This document shows positions 18,008-25,903 of a stretch of 37,275 bases of DNA, piece after piece. This stretch comes from Gemmatimonadaceae bacterium (GTDB taxonomy: Bacteria > Gemmatimonadota > Gemmatimonadetes > Gemmatimonadales > Gemmatimonadaceae), in contig DASSZC010000436.1 of assembly GCA_035702925.1 (NCBI GenBank), positions 1-37,275 on the forward strand. The letters run 5' to 3'. Made by a program: the position numbers and the translations under genes. Under the pieces are notes generated by a model. That model was not told the DNA's origin and made no database searches. It saw only the letters and a program-made list of their open reading frames with translations. The first letter of the stretch is position 1. Each line of letters opens with the position of its first letter.

Positions 18008-18514
18008 ATGCGGTTCAACGGAATTGCGCTCGTCGCGGGAGCGATGGCGATCGTCGCCTGCGCTGGCGGCGAGAAGAAGACGGAAACGACCACCACTACG
18101 ACCGACACGACCGCCGCAGCGGCCACGACCACGTCGACCACCACCGCGACTGCCGGTAGCAGCACCGCGATGGCGCCCATCACGGGCAAGACGGTCGAGG
18201 TCAAGATGATCGGCGATGGCACCACCTATAAGTTCGAGCCTGCCGAGATCGAGTTGAAGCAGGGCGATGGCGTGAAGTTCATCATGGTCTCGGGCGGCCC
18301 ACACAACGTTGCGTTCATCGACACGCCGGCGGCCGCGCAGGCGCAGCTCTCGGCGAACATGCCGCAGCAGATGAAGGAGCTCACCAGCCCGATGATGATG
18401 ACGGCGAACGAGACCTACACCGTCTCTTTTGCCAACGTCCCGGTTGGCACGTACAACTTCCATTGCGAGCCGCACGCCGCGATGGGCATGAAGGGCAAGA
18501 TCACCGTCAAGTAA
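18008..18514 (+). CDS. type-1 copper (plastocyanin/pseudoazurin-like cupredoxin) lipoprotein
   Basis: Track ORF 17927..18514 trimmed to the ATG at 18008, which follows a GGAGG. Lipobox AIVAC and a Thr-rich linker. Copper ligands in GGPHNVAF and YNFHCEPHAAMGM (His, Cys, His, Met). Confidence 0.85.
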   Translation: MRFNGIALVAGAMAIVACAGGEKKTETTTTTTDTTAAAATTTSTTTATAGSSTAMAPITGKTVEVKMIGDGTTYKFEPAEIELKQGDGVKFIMVSGGPHNVAFIDTPAAAQAQLSANMPQQMKELTSPMMMTANETYTVSFANVPVGTYNFHCEPHAAMGMKGKITVK

Positions 18515-18532
18515 TTCGAACGGTCGAAGGAT

Positions 18533-18572
18533 GTGACGAAGGCGGAAGCGCATGCGCTTCCGCCTTCGTCAT
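18533..18572 (+). terminator. long GC-rich hairpin after the cupredoxin gene
   Basis: GACGAAGGCGGAAGCGC-AT-GCGCTTCCGCCTTCGTC, with 17-bp perfect arms, about 20 nt after the stop codon. The tail ATATTCGTC is only weakly U-rich. Confidence 0.55.
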
Positions 18573-18628
18573 ATTCGTCACCAGCGCAGCCTTGTGCAGC
18601 GGACGCCACCGCGAGATACTCGCCACTG

Positions 18629-20350
18629 ATGCCCCCCGCCTCTCCCCGAATCGGACGCCGCCGCGCGGCGAGCTCGCAATGGATCAATGCGCGCGCTCGC
18701 AACGTGCTGCGCCGTCCGCTGCGCATCGGGCTCGTGGGGCTCGTCGTCTTCATCGGCGCGCTGCTCACGCTCGTCGCACTGCCCCGTCAGGCGCAGCGCG
18801 TCGCCGCCGCGGTTGCACCCGCGCCTAACGAGTGGCGGGACACCGCGCGCCTCATCGCCGGCGTCGAACGGGACCGCGCGAGGCTGGACAGCGCCGAACA
18901 ATCGCTCGCCACCGCGCGCGCCATCCTTACGCGCCCGGTCGCACCGCCACCGGTCGATTCGCTTCCACCCGAGGTCCTCGCCCGCCGCGACTCCCTCGCC
19001 GCGATCGTGACCGGTCTCGGGCGGCTGATCACGCGCGTCGAGCAATCGCCGCTTGCCGCATCGTATCGCGCGCTCGCTGACGCCCCCGCGATGCGCGGGG
19101 ATCCGTCGGTGCGCGCGCTCGTCGATTCGCTCGTCGACGTCGAGCGGGAACGTGATGCGTTCGGCGCGGTCGGCGGGATCGACCCGAACTACGTCGCGCT
19201 CACCGCGCGCGCGACGGAGATCGGGCACGCGATCCAGGAGATCGCCGGCGTCAAGCGCGCCGCGCTGCAGCGTGAGGCGGCGGCAATGACGCCGCCGCCC
19301 CCGGCACCGGTCGCTCGCCCTGTGATCGACACGATGCCGCGGCTCGCCCATCGCGACTCCGTTCGCCGGCTGCTCGAGGCACGCACGCGCCTCCTCGTCG
19401 ATGCGCGCCGGGTCAACAGCTCCGTCGAGCGTCGCGCGGAACGGGCGCGCGAGCTGGCGAACGTCTCGGCACCGCCGATCGCGCTCCTCGGGGCATCGCT
19501 GGTGCTCGGCATCGCCGCCGGTTTTGCCGTCGCGCTGATCGGCGAGATGCGCCGCCCGCGGGTGGCGGACGTGCGCGAAGCCGAACGCGCGACGGGGTTG
19601 AGGGTGCTTGCACACCTGCGCCCGTACGAGCCGCCGCCTGAACGCGCGCGCCGCCGCGCGGATCGCGAGCTCCCGCCCCTGCTCGAGCCGGGCGCGGATG
19701 GCTATCGGTTCCTCTATCTCCAGCTGTCCGGGATGATGCCCGGCAGCTGGCTGGCCACCGTCGCCAGCCATGACTCCGCGCTCGCCGCGGTCGTCGCCGC
19801 GAACGTCACCGCCCTCGCAGCCCTCGATGCACGGGCGTCGCTGCTCGTCGATGCCGATCCCGCCGGCTGCGCCGCCGGGGTGATGCGCGTCGCCCCCGGT
19901 CCTGGGGTCGGCGAGATCGCTCGCGGCGAGCTGGCGTGGAGCGAAGCCCCGGTCACGCAGATCGTCGGCCGCGACCGTGCAACCGAGATCGTCCCCTCGG
20001 GACGACGCGCCGAACCCGCCGAGATCGCAGCCGCGCTCACGCGCGAGGTGCCGCGCCTCGCCCGCCGTTATGACACGGTCGTCGTCACCAGTGGGCTCAG
20101 CGCGCTGGTCGCTGCCCCGGTGCTGGCGGTTCCGCGCATCATCCTCATCGTCCGCGCCGGCACGACGGTGCTCACCGAGCTGACACGCGACGTCGCCGCA
20201 CTGCGCGAGAATGGCGCGCAGCTTCTCGGGCTGGTGCTCTGGGATCGCGACGAGCCGCATGTCCCGACCCGGGAGGAGCTCGACGCGCTCGCCAGCGCGG
20301 CGAATCGCGGCGTCCCCGCCGAAATGCTGATCGAATCTCGTGTGGGCTGA
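18629..20350 (+). CDS. polysaccharide co-polymerase (Wzz/Wzc)-like membrane protein with a degenerate C-terminal P-loop domain
   Basis: Track ORF 18533..20350 trimmed, because its first Met lies inside the terminator hairpin. Architecture is TM (IGLVGLVVFIGALLTLVAL), a roughly 260-aa Ala/Arg-rich coiled segment, a second TM (IALLGASLVLGIAAGFAVALIG), then a domain ending LLVDADP...VVVTSG...ILIVRAG. That domain resembles a BY-kinase/MinD fold but has no GK[ST] Walker A. Confidence 0.45.
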   Translation: MPPASPRIGRRRAASSQWINARARNVLRRPLRIGLVGLVVFIGALLTLVALPRQAQRVAAAVAPAPNEWRDTARLIAGVERDRARLDSAEQSLATARAILTRPVAPPPVDSLPPEVLARRDSLAAIVTGLGRLITRVEQSPLAASYRALADAPAMRGDPSVRALVDSLVDVERERDAFGAVGGIDPNYVALTARATEIGHAIQEIAGVKRAALQREAAAMTPPPPAPVARPVIDTMPRLAHRDSVRRLLEARTRLLVDARRVNSSVERRAERARELANVSAPPIALLGASLVLGIAAGFAVALIGEMRRPRVADVREAERATGLRVLAHLRPYEPPPERARRRADRELPPLLEPGADGYRFLYLQLSGMMPGSWLATVASHDSALAAVVAANVTALAALDARASLLVDADPAGCAAGVMRVAPGPGVGEIARGELAWSEAPVTQIVGRDRATEIVPSGRRAEPAEIAAALTREVPRLARRYDTVVVTSGLSALVAAPVLAVPRIILIVRAGTTVLTELTRDVAALRENGAQLLGLVLWDRDEPHVPTREELDALASAANRGVPAEMLIESRVG

Positions 20351-20771
20351 CGCGCTGCTCGCCGCCGAGCGGACGCACCTTCACCAGCTGCTGATGTGGG
20401 GAGCCGCGAGCTGCACCCTTGGCCTGCTCCTCCTGCTCGCCATCGGCGGTCCCCGCCGCTCGCCGATCGTCTTTCATTTCGCGGCGCAGAGCGTCGCCTG
20501 GGGGGCGGTGATCCTCGCCGTCGGTGCATCGGGACTCCGCTCGCTGCAGCTGCGCGACCTTGGCGCGGCGACACGGCTCGACCGCTTTCTCTGGCTGAAT
20601 CTCGGGCTCGACACCGGCTATGTTGCGGTGGGCGCCGCGATCGCGCTGTCCGCATGGCTGCTCGGCCGACGCTACGGTGGAGTCGGCGCGGGCGTCGCGA
20701 TCATCGTTCAGGGGCTTGCCCTCGCGGTGATCACGGCGCGGCTCCTCCTCGCTCTCGAACAGTTCGTCTGA
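20340..20771 (+). CDS. hypothetical integral membrane protein (about 4 TM helices)
   Basis: Track ORF. The GTG start overlaps the upstream stop by 11 nt. Hydrophobic throughout, with high GC3. Confidence 0.6.
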   Translation: MWADALLAAERTHLHQLLMWGAASCTLGLLLLLAIGGPRRSPIVFHFAAQSVAWGAVILAVGASGLRSLQLRDLGAATRLDRFLWLNLGLDTGYVAVGAAIALSAWLLGRRYGGVGAGVAIIVQGLALAVITARLLLALEQFV

Positions 20772-20796
20772 CCGCGACACAACCGCCGCATCACCA

Positions 20797-21288
20797 ATGG
20801 CCGAAGTCACCCTCGACCTTCGCGACCTGCCGAAGGACGCCGCCTATTCCACGCTCGCGACGCAGGTCGAGAGCGTGCTCGCCGGCATCGATGACCCGAT
20901 CGCCGGGATGGCGACGATCAGCGCCCTCGTTCATCATGCGTTCAGGCACCTCTGGACAGGATTCTACCGGGTGGTCGAACCGGGGCACCTGCTACGCGTC
21001 GGCCCGTACCAGGGATCGCTGGGCTGCCTCGACATCCAATTCGGCCGGGGGGTGTGCGGGACCGCGGCAGCGAACGGCACGACGGTCGTCGTCCCCGACG
21101 TCGCCGAGTTCCCCGGGCACATCACCTGTGATTCGCGATCGCGGTCGGAGATCGTCGTCCCGGTGTTCGACAGGGAGCGGCGGTTGATCGCAGTCTTCGA
21201 CATCGACTCCGACCGCAAGAATACCTTCGGTCCGGATGACCAGCGCGGACTCGAGCGCCTGATGGGCTGGTTCGCGCGCGAGCACTGA
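20797..21288 (+). CDS. msrC: GAF-domain free methionine-(R)-sulfoxide reductase (YebR/MsrC family)
   Basis: Track ORF. WTGFYRV...VGPYQGSLGCLDIQFGRGVCGTAA...GHITCDSRSRSEIVVPV...FDIDS closely parallels E. coli YebR, including its Cys positions. Confidence 0.85.
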   Translation: MAEVTLDLRDLPKDAAYSTLATQVESVLAGIDDPIAGMATISALVHHAFRHLWTGFYRVVEPGHLLRVGPYQGSLGCLDIQFGRGVCGTAAANGTTVVVPDVAEFPGHITCDSRSRSEIVVPVFDRERRLIAVFDIDSDRKNTFGPDDQRGLERLMGWFAREH

Positions 21289-21350
21289 TCGCGACGCGTC
21301 GCGCGGGGTGCGCGGGCGCGACACGTCGGCTACATTGCGAGGCGCATCTC

Positions 21351-22004
21351 ATGGAACCGATGTCAGTCACCGGCTACTCCGACCGCATCAATCACGCGCT
21401 CGCCTTCGCTGCCAAGCATCACGCGCAGCAGGTGTGGAAGGGAAGCTCACGCGTCCCCTACTTCACCGGGCCGGCGAACGTCGCCATCATCCTGACCCGC
21501 TACGGTCAGGACGACGACACCATCGTCGCCGCCGTGCTGCACGACGTCGTCGCCGACTGCGTGCGTGACGGCCAGACCGCCGAGATGCTCGAGCAGCGCA
21601 TCGGCGAGAAGTTCGGCGCCGGCTCCCTTGCCGCCCTCCTCGCCATCTCCGAACGCAAGATGGACGATGACGGTGTCGAGATGTCGATGGATGAGCGGAA
21701 AGCCGACACCCTCGAGCGCCTCGGCACCGCCGACGGGCGTGCGCGCTGGATCGTCGCGGCCTACACCCTGCACGCGGGGAGCTCACTGCTGGCCGACCTC
21801 CGGCGGACGGCGTATCCGGAGACGGTCTGGGGGCGCTACCCGACCGGGCGTGACGAGGTCGCGAGCTCCTACCGCCGGACGCTCGACCGCCTGACGGCGG
21901 TCGGGTTCAAGGCGCCGATCATGGAAGAGCTGGCGACGGTCGTCGCCGCGCTCGAGCAGCTCGCCGCCGAAGACAGATCGTCGGCGCCGCGCCTCACCCG
22001 CTGA
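21351..22004 (+). CDS. HD-domain protein (RelA/SpoT-type hydrolase-domain-like)
   Basis: Track ORF. INHALAFAAKHHAQQ...PYFTGPANVAIIL...IVAAVLHDVVAD shows the HD_4-type pattern. Confidence 0.75.
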   Translation: MEPMSVTGYSDRINHALAFAAKHHAQQVWKGSSRVPYFTGPANVAIILTRYGQDDDTIVAAVLHDVVADCVRDGQTAEMLEQRIGEKFGAGSLAALLAISERKMDDDGVEMSMDERKADTLERLGTADGRARWIVAAYTLHAGSSLLADLRRTAYPETVWGRYPTGRDEVASSYRRTLDRLTAVGFKAPIMEELATVVAALEQLAAEDRSSAPRLTR

Positions 22005-22046
22005 CGACAGCGATCAGCAGACGCCGCTGCCTACCGAGACACCCTG

Positions 22047-22253
22047 ATGACCACGAAATCGACCGAAGTCCGCACGAGCCGCGGCCACGTGACCGCGAAC
22101 AACAACGCGCAGGGGTGGGGCGTCGCCGCCTTCATCGTCGCCCTCGCGTTAGGCCTCACCTTCGCCGCGTACTACATCCACGAGCGGACCTTCCGCTCGC
22201 CTAACGATCCGGCGGCGCCGGTCACCACCAGCGAGCACGAGCCGCACGCCTAG
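22047..22253 (+). CDS. small single-pass membrane protein (68 aa), hypothetical
   Basis: Track ORF. High GC3, with TM helix [21 protein letters not shown]. Its TAG stop overlaps the ispG TAG stop on the other strand at CTAG. Confidence 0.5.
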   Translation: MTTKSTEVRTSRGHVTANNNAQGWGVAAFIVALALGLTFAAYYIHERTFRSPNDPAAPVTTSEHEPHA

Positions 22254-23602
22254 ACGCTGGCGGTCGCCGGCTCCGGGTAGGTGCGGGCGACGTAGTCCTC
22301 GAGCAGCTGGAGGAACTCCGGGACGATGTTGTCCCCCTTGAGCGTCGTCACCAGCGCGCCGTCGACATAGACGGGCGCCTTCGGCTCTTCGAAGGTGCCG
22401 GGGAGGGAGATCCCGATGTTGGCGTGCTTGGACTCCCCCGGCCCGTTCACGACGCAGCCCATCACCGCAACCTTCATCTCGACGACGCCGGGATGACGCT
22501 CGCGCCAGACCGGCATCTGCTCGCGCAGGTAGGTCTGGATGTCCTCGGCCATCTTCTGGAAGAAGGTCGACGTCGTCCGTCCGCAGCCGGGGCACGACGT
22601 GACCTGGGGGGTGAAGCTGCGCAGGCCGAGCGACTGCAGGATCTGCTGCGCGACCTGGACTTCCTCCGTCCGGTCACCGTTAGGCTTCGGCGTCAGCGAG
22701 ACGCGGATCGTGTCGCCGATCCCCTCGGAGAGGAGGATCGAGAGGCCGGCAGTGCTGGCAATGATCCCCTTGCTCCCGAGCCCGGCCTCGGTGAGGCCGA
22801 GGTGCAGCGGATAGTCGCAGCGGCTGCCGAGGCGGCGGTAGACGTCGACGAGGTCGTGCACCTGCGAGACCTTCGCCGAGATGATGATCTGGTCGTGGCG
22901 AAGCCCCGTCTCCTCGGCGAGCAGCGCCGAGCGGAGCGCGCTCTCGAGCATCGCCTCGATGTAGACGTCGCGCGCGTCGCGGGGGCTGCCGGCACGCGCG
23001 TTCTCGTCCATCATCACGGTGAGCAGGTCCTGGTCGAGCGAGCCCCAGTTCACCCCGATGCGAACCGGCTTGCCGTGATCGACGGCGACCTGGACGATCG
23101 TGCGGAAGTTCTCGTCGCGCCGCTTGCCGCCGACGTTGCCGGGGTTGATGCGGTACTTGGCGAGCGCGCGGGCGCAGTCCTCGTGGCGGCGGAGGAGGAG
23201 GTGCCCGTTGTAGTGAAAGTCGCCGACGATCGGGACGTCGATGCCGTCGTCATGGAGGCGGCTGACGATCTCGGGGACCGCGGCCGCCGCCTCGTCGTTG
23301 TTCACCGTCACGCGCACGAGCTGCGAGCCGGCGCGGGCGAGGGCGGCGACCTGCGCCGCGGTCGATGCCGCGTCCGCGGTGTCGGTGTTCGTCATCGACT
23401 GCACCACGACCGGATGGGCGGATCGGACGAGGACCCCGCCCACGTTCGCTGTCACCGTCGCTCTGCGTGTTCCAAATGCCACGACCGTCACTCCGAAAAA
23501 GACTGTTGTCGCTCGCGACCAGGGTCGGAGCCCTCGAAAGGTAGCCGACCCGCGCCGGGTTCGGGATACGCCCGCCTTCCCACGGCGAGTTATTCGGCCC
23601 AT
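22250..23602 (-). CDS. ispG: 4-hydroxy-3-methylbut-2-en-1-yl diphosphate synthase
   Basis: Track ORF. Contains [20 protein letters not shown], the [4Fe-4S] Cys motif SCPGCGRT and GCVVNGPGE. The true start is probably downstream of 23602 (GTG candidates before [11 protein letters not shown]). Confidence 0.9.
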   Translation of the reverse strand: MGRITRRGKAGVSRTRRGSATFRGLRPWSRATTVFFGVTVVAFGTRRATVTANVGGVLVRSAHPVVVQSMTNTDTADAASTAAQVAALARAGSQLVRVTVNNDEAAAAVPEIVSRLHDDGIDVPIVGDFHYNGHLLLRRHEDCARALAKYRINPGNVGGKRRDENFRTIVQVAVDHGKPVRIGVNWGSLDQDLLTVMMDENARAGSPRDARDVYIEAMLESALRSALLAEETGLRHDQIIISAKVSQVHDLVDVYRRLGSRCDYPLHLGLTEAGLGSKGIIASTAGLSILLSEGIGDTIRVSLTPKPNGDRTEEVQVAQQILQSLGLRSFTPQVTSCPGCGRTTSTFFQKMAEDIQTYLREQMPVWRERHPGVVEMKVAVMGCVVNGPGESKHANIGISLPGTFEEPKAPVYVDGALVTTLKGDNIVPEFLQLLEDYVARTYPEPATASV

Positions 23603-23704
23603 GTTGTGCGCGTGGAGTTGCGAGCGCGGAGCGATCCACCGACTCGACGCGAGCCGCTCACGCGCGCGACACTACTGAACCTCACCCCGACCTGTCGCAC
23701 TACC

Positions 23705-24211
23705 ATGGCCGACAACATCGACCGCGAGCCTGTCACTCCTGTTACCCCAGCCCCGGCACCGAGGCGCAAGAACTGGCTGGCGCGCATTCTCGCCGTGCTG
23801 ATCCTCGGCCCCGTGATCGTGATCGGGCTCTGGATCGCGATCACCTTGAACTACACCTTCTCGAACGGTGAACGCGCGGGGTACGTGCAGAAGTTCTCGA
23901 GGAAGGGATGGATCTGTAAGACCTGGGAGGGCGAGCTGGCGATGGCGAACATCCCTGGCGCGATGCCGGAGATCTTCAAGTTCTCGGTGCGGGACGATGC
24001 TGTCGCGAAGGAGATCGAGCAGGACATGGGTCGCCGGGTGTCAGTCAGCTACGAACAGCATCGCGGCGTTCCGACGTCGTGCTTCGGCGAGACGGAGTAC
24101 TTCGTCACCAACGTCCGTTCGGTCGCCACTGACAACCCGCTCGTCGCGCCGCCGCTGCCCCCCGCCCCCTCGCCAACCACAGCGACGACCCCGGCGACGA
24201 CCCCTCGCTGA
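23705..24211 (+). CDS. hypothetical membrane-anchored protein (168 aa)
   Basis: In-frame ATG inside track ORF 22424..24211. The upstream part of that ORF is antisense to ispG. TM helix WLARILAVLILGPVIVIGLWIAI, then a soluble domain (GWICKTWEGEL) and a Pro/Thr-rich tail. Confidence 0.7.
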   Translation: MADNIDREPVTPVTPAPAPRRKNWLARILAVLILGPVIVIGLWIAITLNYTFSNGERAGYVQKFSRKGWICKTWEGELAMANIPGAMPEIFKFSVRDDAVAKEIEQDMGRRVSVSYEQHRGVPTSCFGETEYFVTNVRSVATDNPLVAPPLPPAPSPTTATTPATTPR

Positions 24212-24361
24212 CACGGCTGGGCTCGACTGCAACGTAGTGCGCAGTCTGCTGTTGCCCTTCCGGCCGAAGCTGCTACATTTGACGCCGTGCCACGGTCATG
24301 GTGATCGTGCGCACGGTTACAGCCCGCACAATGTGGGCATCGGTATTTCAGGAGCTAGGCA

Positions 24362-24577
24362 ATGCGTACGACTGGCAAGGTGAAGTGGTTCAACGACGCC
24401 AAGGGTTTCGGTTTCATCACCCCCGACAACGGCTCGAAGGATTGCTTCGTGCACTACTCGGCGATCCAGGGCAGCGGCTTCAAGACGCTGGCCGAAGGTG
24501 ATGCTGTCGAATTCGACATCGTCGAAGGGCAGAAGGGTCCGGCGGCGGAGAACGTCACCCGGGCAGGCGCTCGGTAA
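24362..24577 (+). CDS. cspA: cold-shock protein (CspA family)
   Basis: Track [18 protein letters not shown] (RNP1) and CFVHYSAI (RNP2). GGAG lies 7 nt upstream of the ATG. Confidence 0.95.
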   Translation: MRTTGKVKWFNDAKGFGFITPDNGSKDCFVHYSAIQGSGFKTLAEGDAVEFDIVEGQKGPAAENVTRAGAR

Positions 24578-24601
24578 CTCGAGCTTCCCGCTCGATGCCA
24601 A

Positions 24602-24637
24602 ACGGGGCACCCTAACGGGTGCCCCGTCGTTCTTTCC
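24602..24637 (+). terminator. intrinsic terminator after cspA
   Basis: ACGGGGCACCC-TAAC-GGGTGCCCCGT, an 11-bp stem, followed by CGTTCTTTCC. It overlaps the last codons of the convergent gene 24612..25073. Confidence 0.6.
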
Positions 24638-25073
24638 GGGGTGGCCGTCCGCGGCGGCGCGGGACCATGGTCTCCATCGCTTCGACCAACCGCCGCTCGA
24701 TCTCCCGTTCGAGACGTTCGACATCGACCGCGAGGGTCAGCGACTCGCCGATGGGCAGCACGCTGCGCGACGCAGAACGCGGCTCTTCCGCCGCCGCCCC
24801 CGCCCGCGCGCCCCAGACTCCCTCGGGCGACGGGGAGCTCCCGAGTATCGAGCTCGCGATCTCGACCCCTCGCCCGACCGGAATACCAAGTCCGCGGCTC
24901 AGGTCTCGCACGATGGCGGCCGTCAGCAGCGCGCGCATCGACAGCCGGCGAGCGACGCCGCGCGCGACATGCTCGGTTCCGGGGATCGAATGCTGCGCGG
25001 TGAGGTTGTCGAGCCACTTTCGCTCGACTCCGATCACAAGTGCTGCCACGGCAATGTCGTAGACTCTTGCCAT
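24612..25073 (-). CDS. hypothetical DNA-binding protein (N-terminal HTH-like segment, C-terminal AT-hook-like RGRPPRK)
   Basis: Track ORF. MARVYDIAVAALVIGVERKWLDNL resembles a MerR/excisionase-type HTH. The tail is PRRRGRPPRKERRG. An AGGA lies 6 nt upstream of the ATG. Confidence 0.5.
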   Translation of the reverse strand: MARVYDIAVAALVIGVERKWLDNLTAQHSIPGTEHVARGVARRLSMRALLTAAIVRDLSRGLGIPVGRGVEIASSILGSSPSPEGVWGARAGAAAEEPRSASRSVLPIGESLTLAVDVERLEREIERRLVEAMETMVPRRRGRPPRKERRGTR

Positions 25074-25147
25074 AATATTCCTACAGAGTCAGGAAATATG
25101 CGGACCGCACCGCGCGCAACAATGTTCCTATCGTAATAGAAATATTT
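25074..25147. promoter_or_regulatory. AT-rich divergent control region with two related imperfect palindromes
   Basis: AATATTCCTACAGAGTCAGGAAATATG lies at 25074-25100 and AATGTTCCTATCGTAATAGAAATATTT at 25121-25147. Both share TTCCTA...GAAATAT. This is the most AT-rich stretch in the window, between genes 24612..25073 (-) and 25253..25873 (+). Confidence 0.35.
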
Positions 25148-25252
25148 ATCACGCGCCAGAGCCTATTCGCGGGCACGTTTGCCCGGGCTGGGGTGCGGCC
25201 ATACATTGGCGACGCCTGTGATCTCGCCGAGGTAGGATACGAGGATGCCGCT

Positions 25253-25873
25253 GTGAGCACGTACCATCGCCGCCGAATGGTCGAACTGAAGCACGCCTAC
25301 GACGAGGCGCGATTCGGCCCCGAGCGGACCCTCAACCTTCGCGCGATGCTGCCGACCGCCGCCGAGGCAACGCGGCGGGCGACGGCGTGGCTCCGCGAGC
25401 GCCAAGCGAGCGGGGCAGGTGAGGTGCTCATCATCACCGGGCGGGGGAACAGCAGCGACGCCGGTTTCTCGGTGGTTCGCGAGGCGATCGCGAAGACCCT
25501 TCGCCAGCTCAAGCGCCAAGGGGTGGTCGATACCGTCGCCGAACATTCCCCGGGTTCCTTCGTCGCGACGCTGGCGCCGATGCGGCGGCTCTGGGAAGGG
25601 GCGCGGCGCACCGCCGCCGCCCGCAGCGACATCCCCGGCGGCGCGACGCTCGGCGGGCTCGATCCGGAGACGGCCAGCCTGCTCCGGGTCCTCGCCGAGC
25701 GCTCGCTCGACGCGTTAGGCGTGAGCCACAGCGAGTCGTTCGTCCAGCGGGAGATGGCGACCCAGTTCGCGGTGCTCCTCCGCGGCGTGCCGCCGGGGGA
25801 GGATCGCGACGGCCGCCTGCGCGAGGTGATCAGGCGCGCGCTCGCCGACGACGAGGACCACCGCACACGTTAG
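25253..25873 (+). CDS. Smr (small MutS-related) domain protein
   Basis: Track ORF 25193..25873. I prefer the in-frame GTG at 25253, which follows a GAGGA. The Smr pattern reads LNLRAMLPTAAEA...VLIITGRGNSS...VVREAIAKTLRQLKRQGVV. Confidence 0.7.
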   Translation: MSTYHRRRMVELKHAYDEARFGPERTLNLRAMLPTAAEATRRATAWLRERQASGAGEVLIITGRGNSSDAGFSVVREAIAKTLRQLKRQGVVDTVAEHSPGSFVATLAPMRRLWEGARRTAAARSDIPGGATLGGLDPETASLLRVLAERSLDALGVSHSESFVQREMATQFAVLLRGVPPGEDRDGRLREVIRRALADDEDHRTR

Positions 25874-25903
25874 GCGGTCGTCCCGCGGCGGAGGGTCGCG
25901 CCA

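Noticed and set aside
18578-20260. 560-aa minus-strand ORF
   Set aside because: It is antisense to the better-supported plus-strand gene 18629..20350. The composition is Arg/Gly/Asp/Pro-rich with no motifs, the typical shadow ORF of high-GC DNA.
22424-24211. 595-aa plus-strand ORF
   Set aside because: The upstream roughly 427 codons are antisense to ispG. Only the segment from ATG 23705 looks like a real protein, with a TM helix and its own upstream intergenic region.
24212-24361. cspA 5' untranslated region as a cold-box or thermosensor RNA
   Set aside because: A long upstream region and a TTGACG element are present. I could not identify a convincing -10 element or a conserved cold-box sequence by eye.
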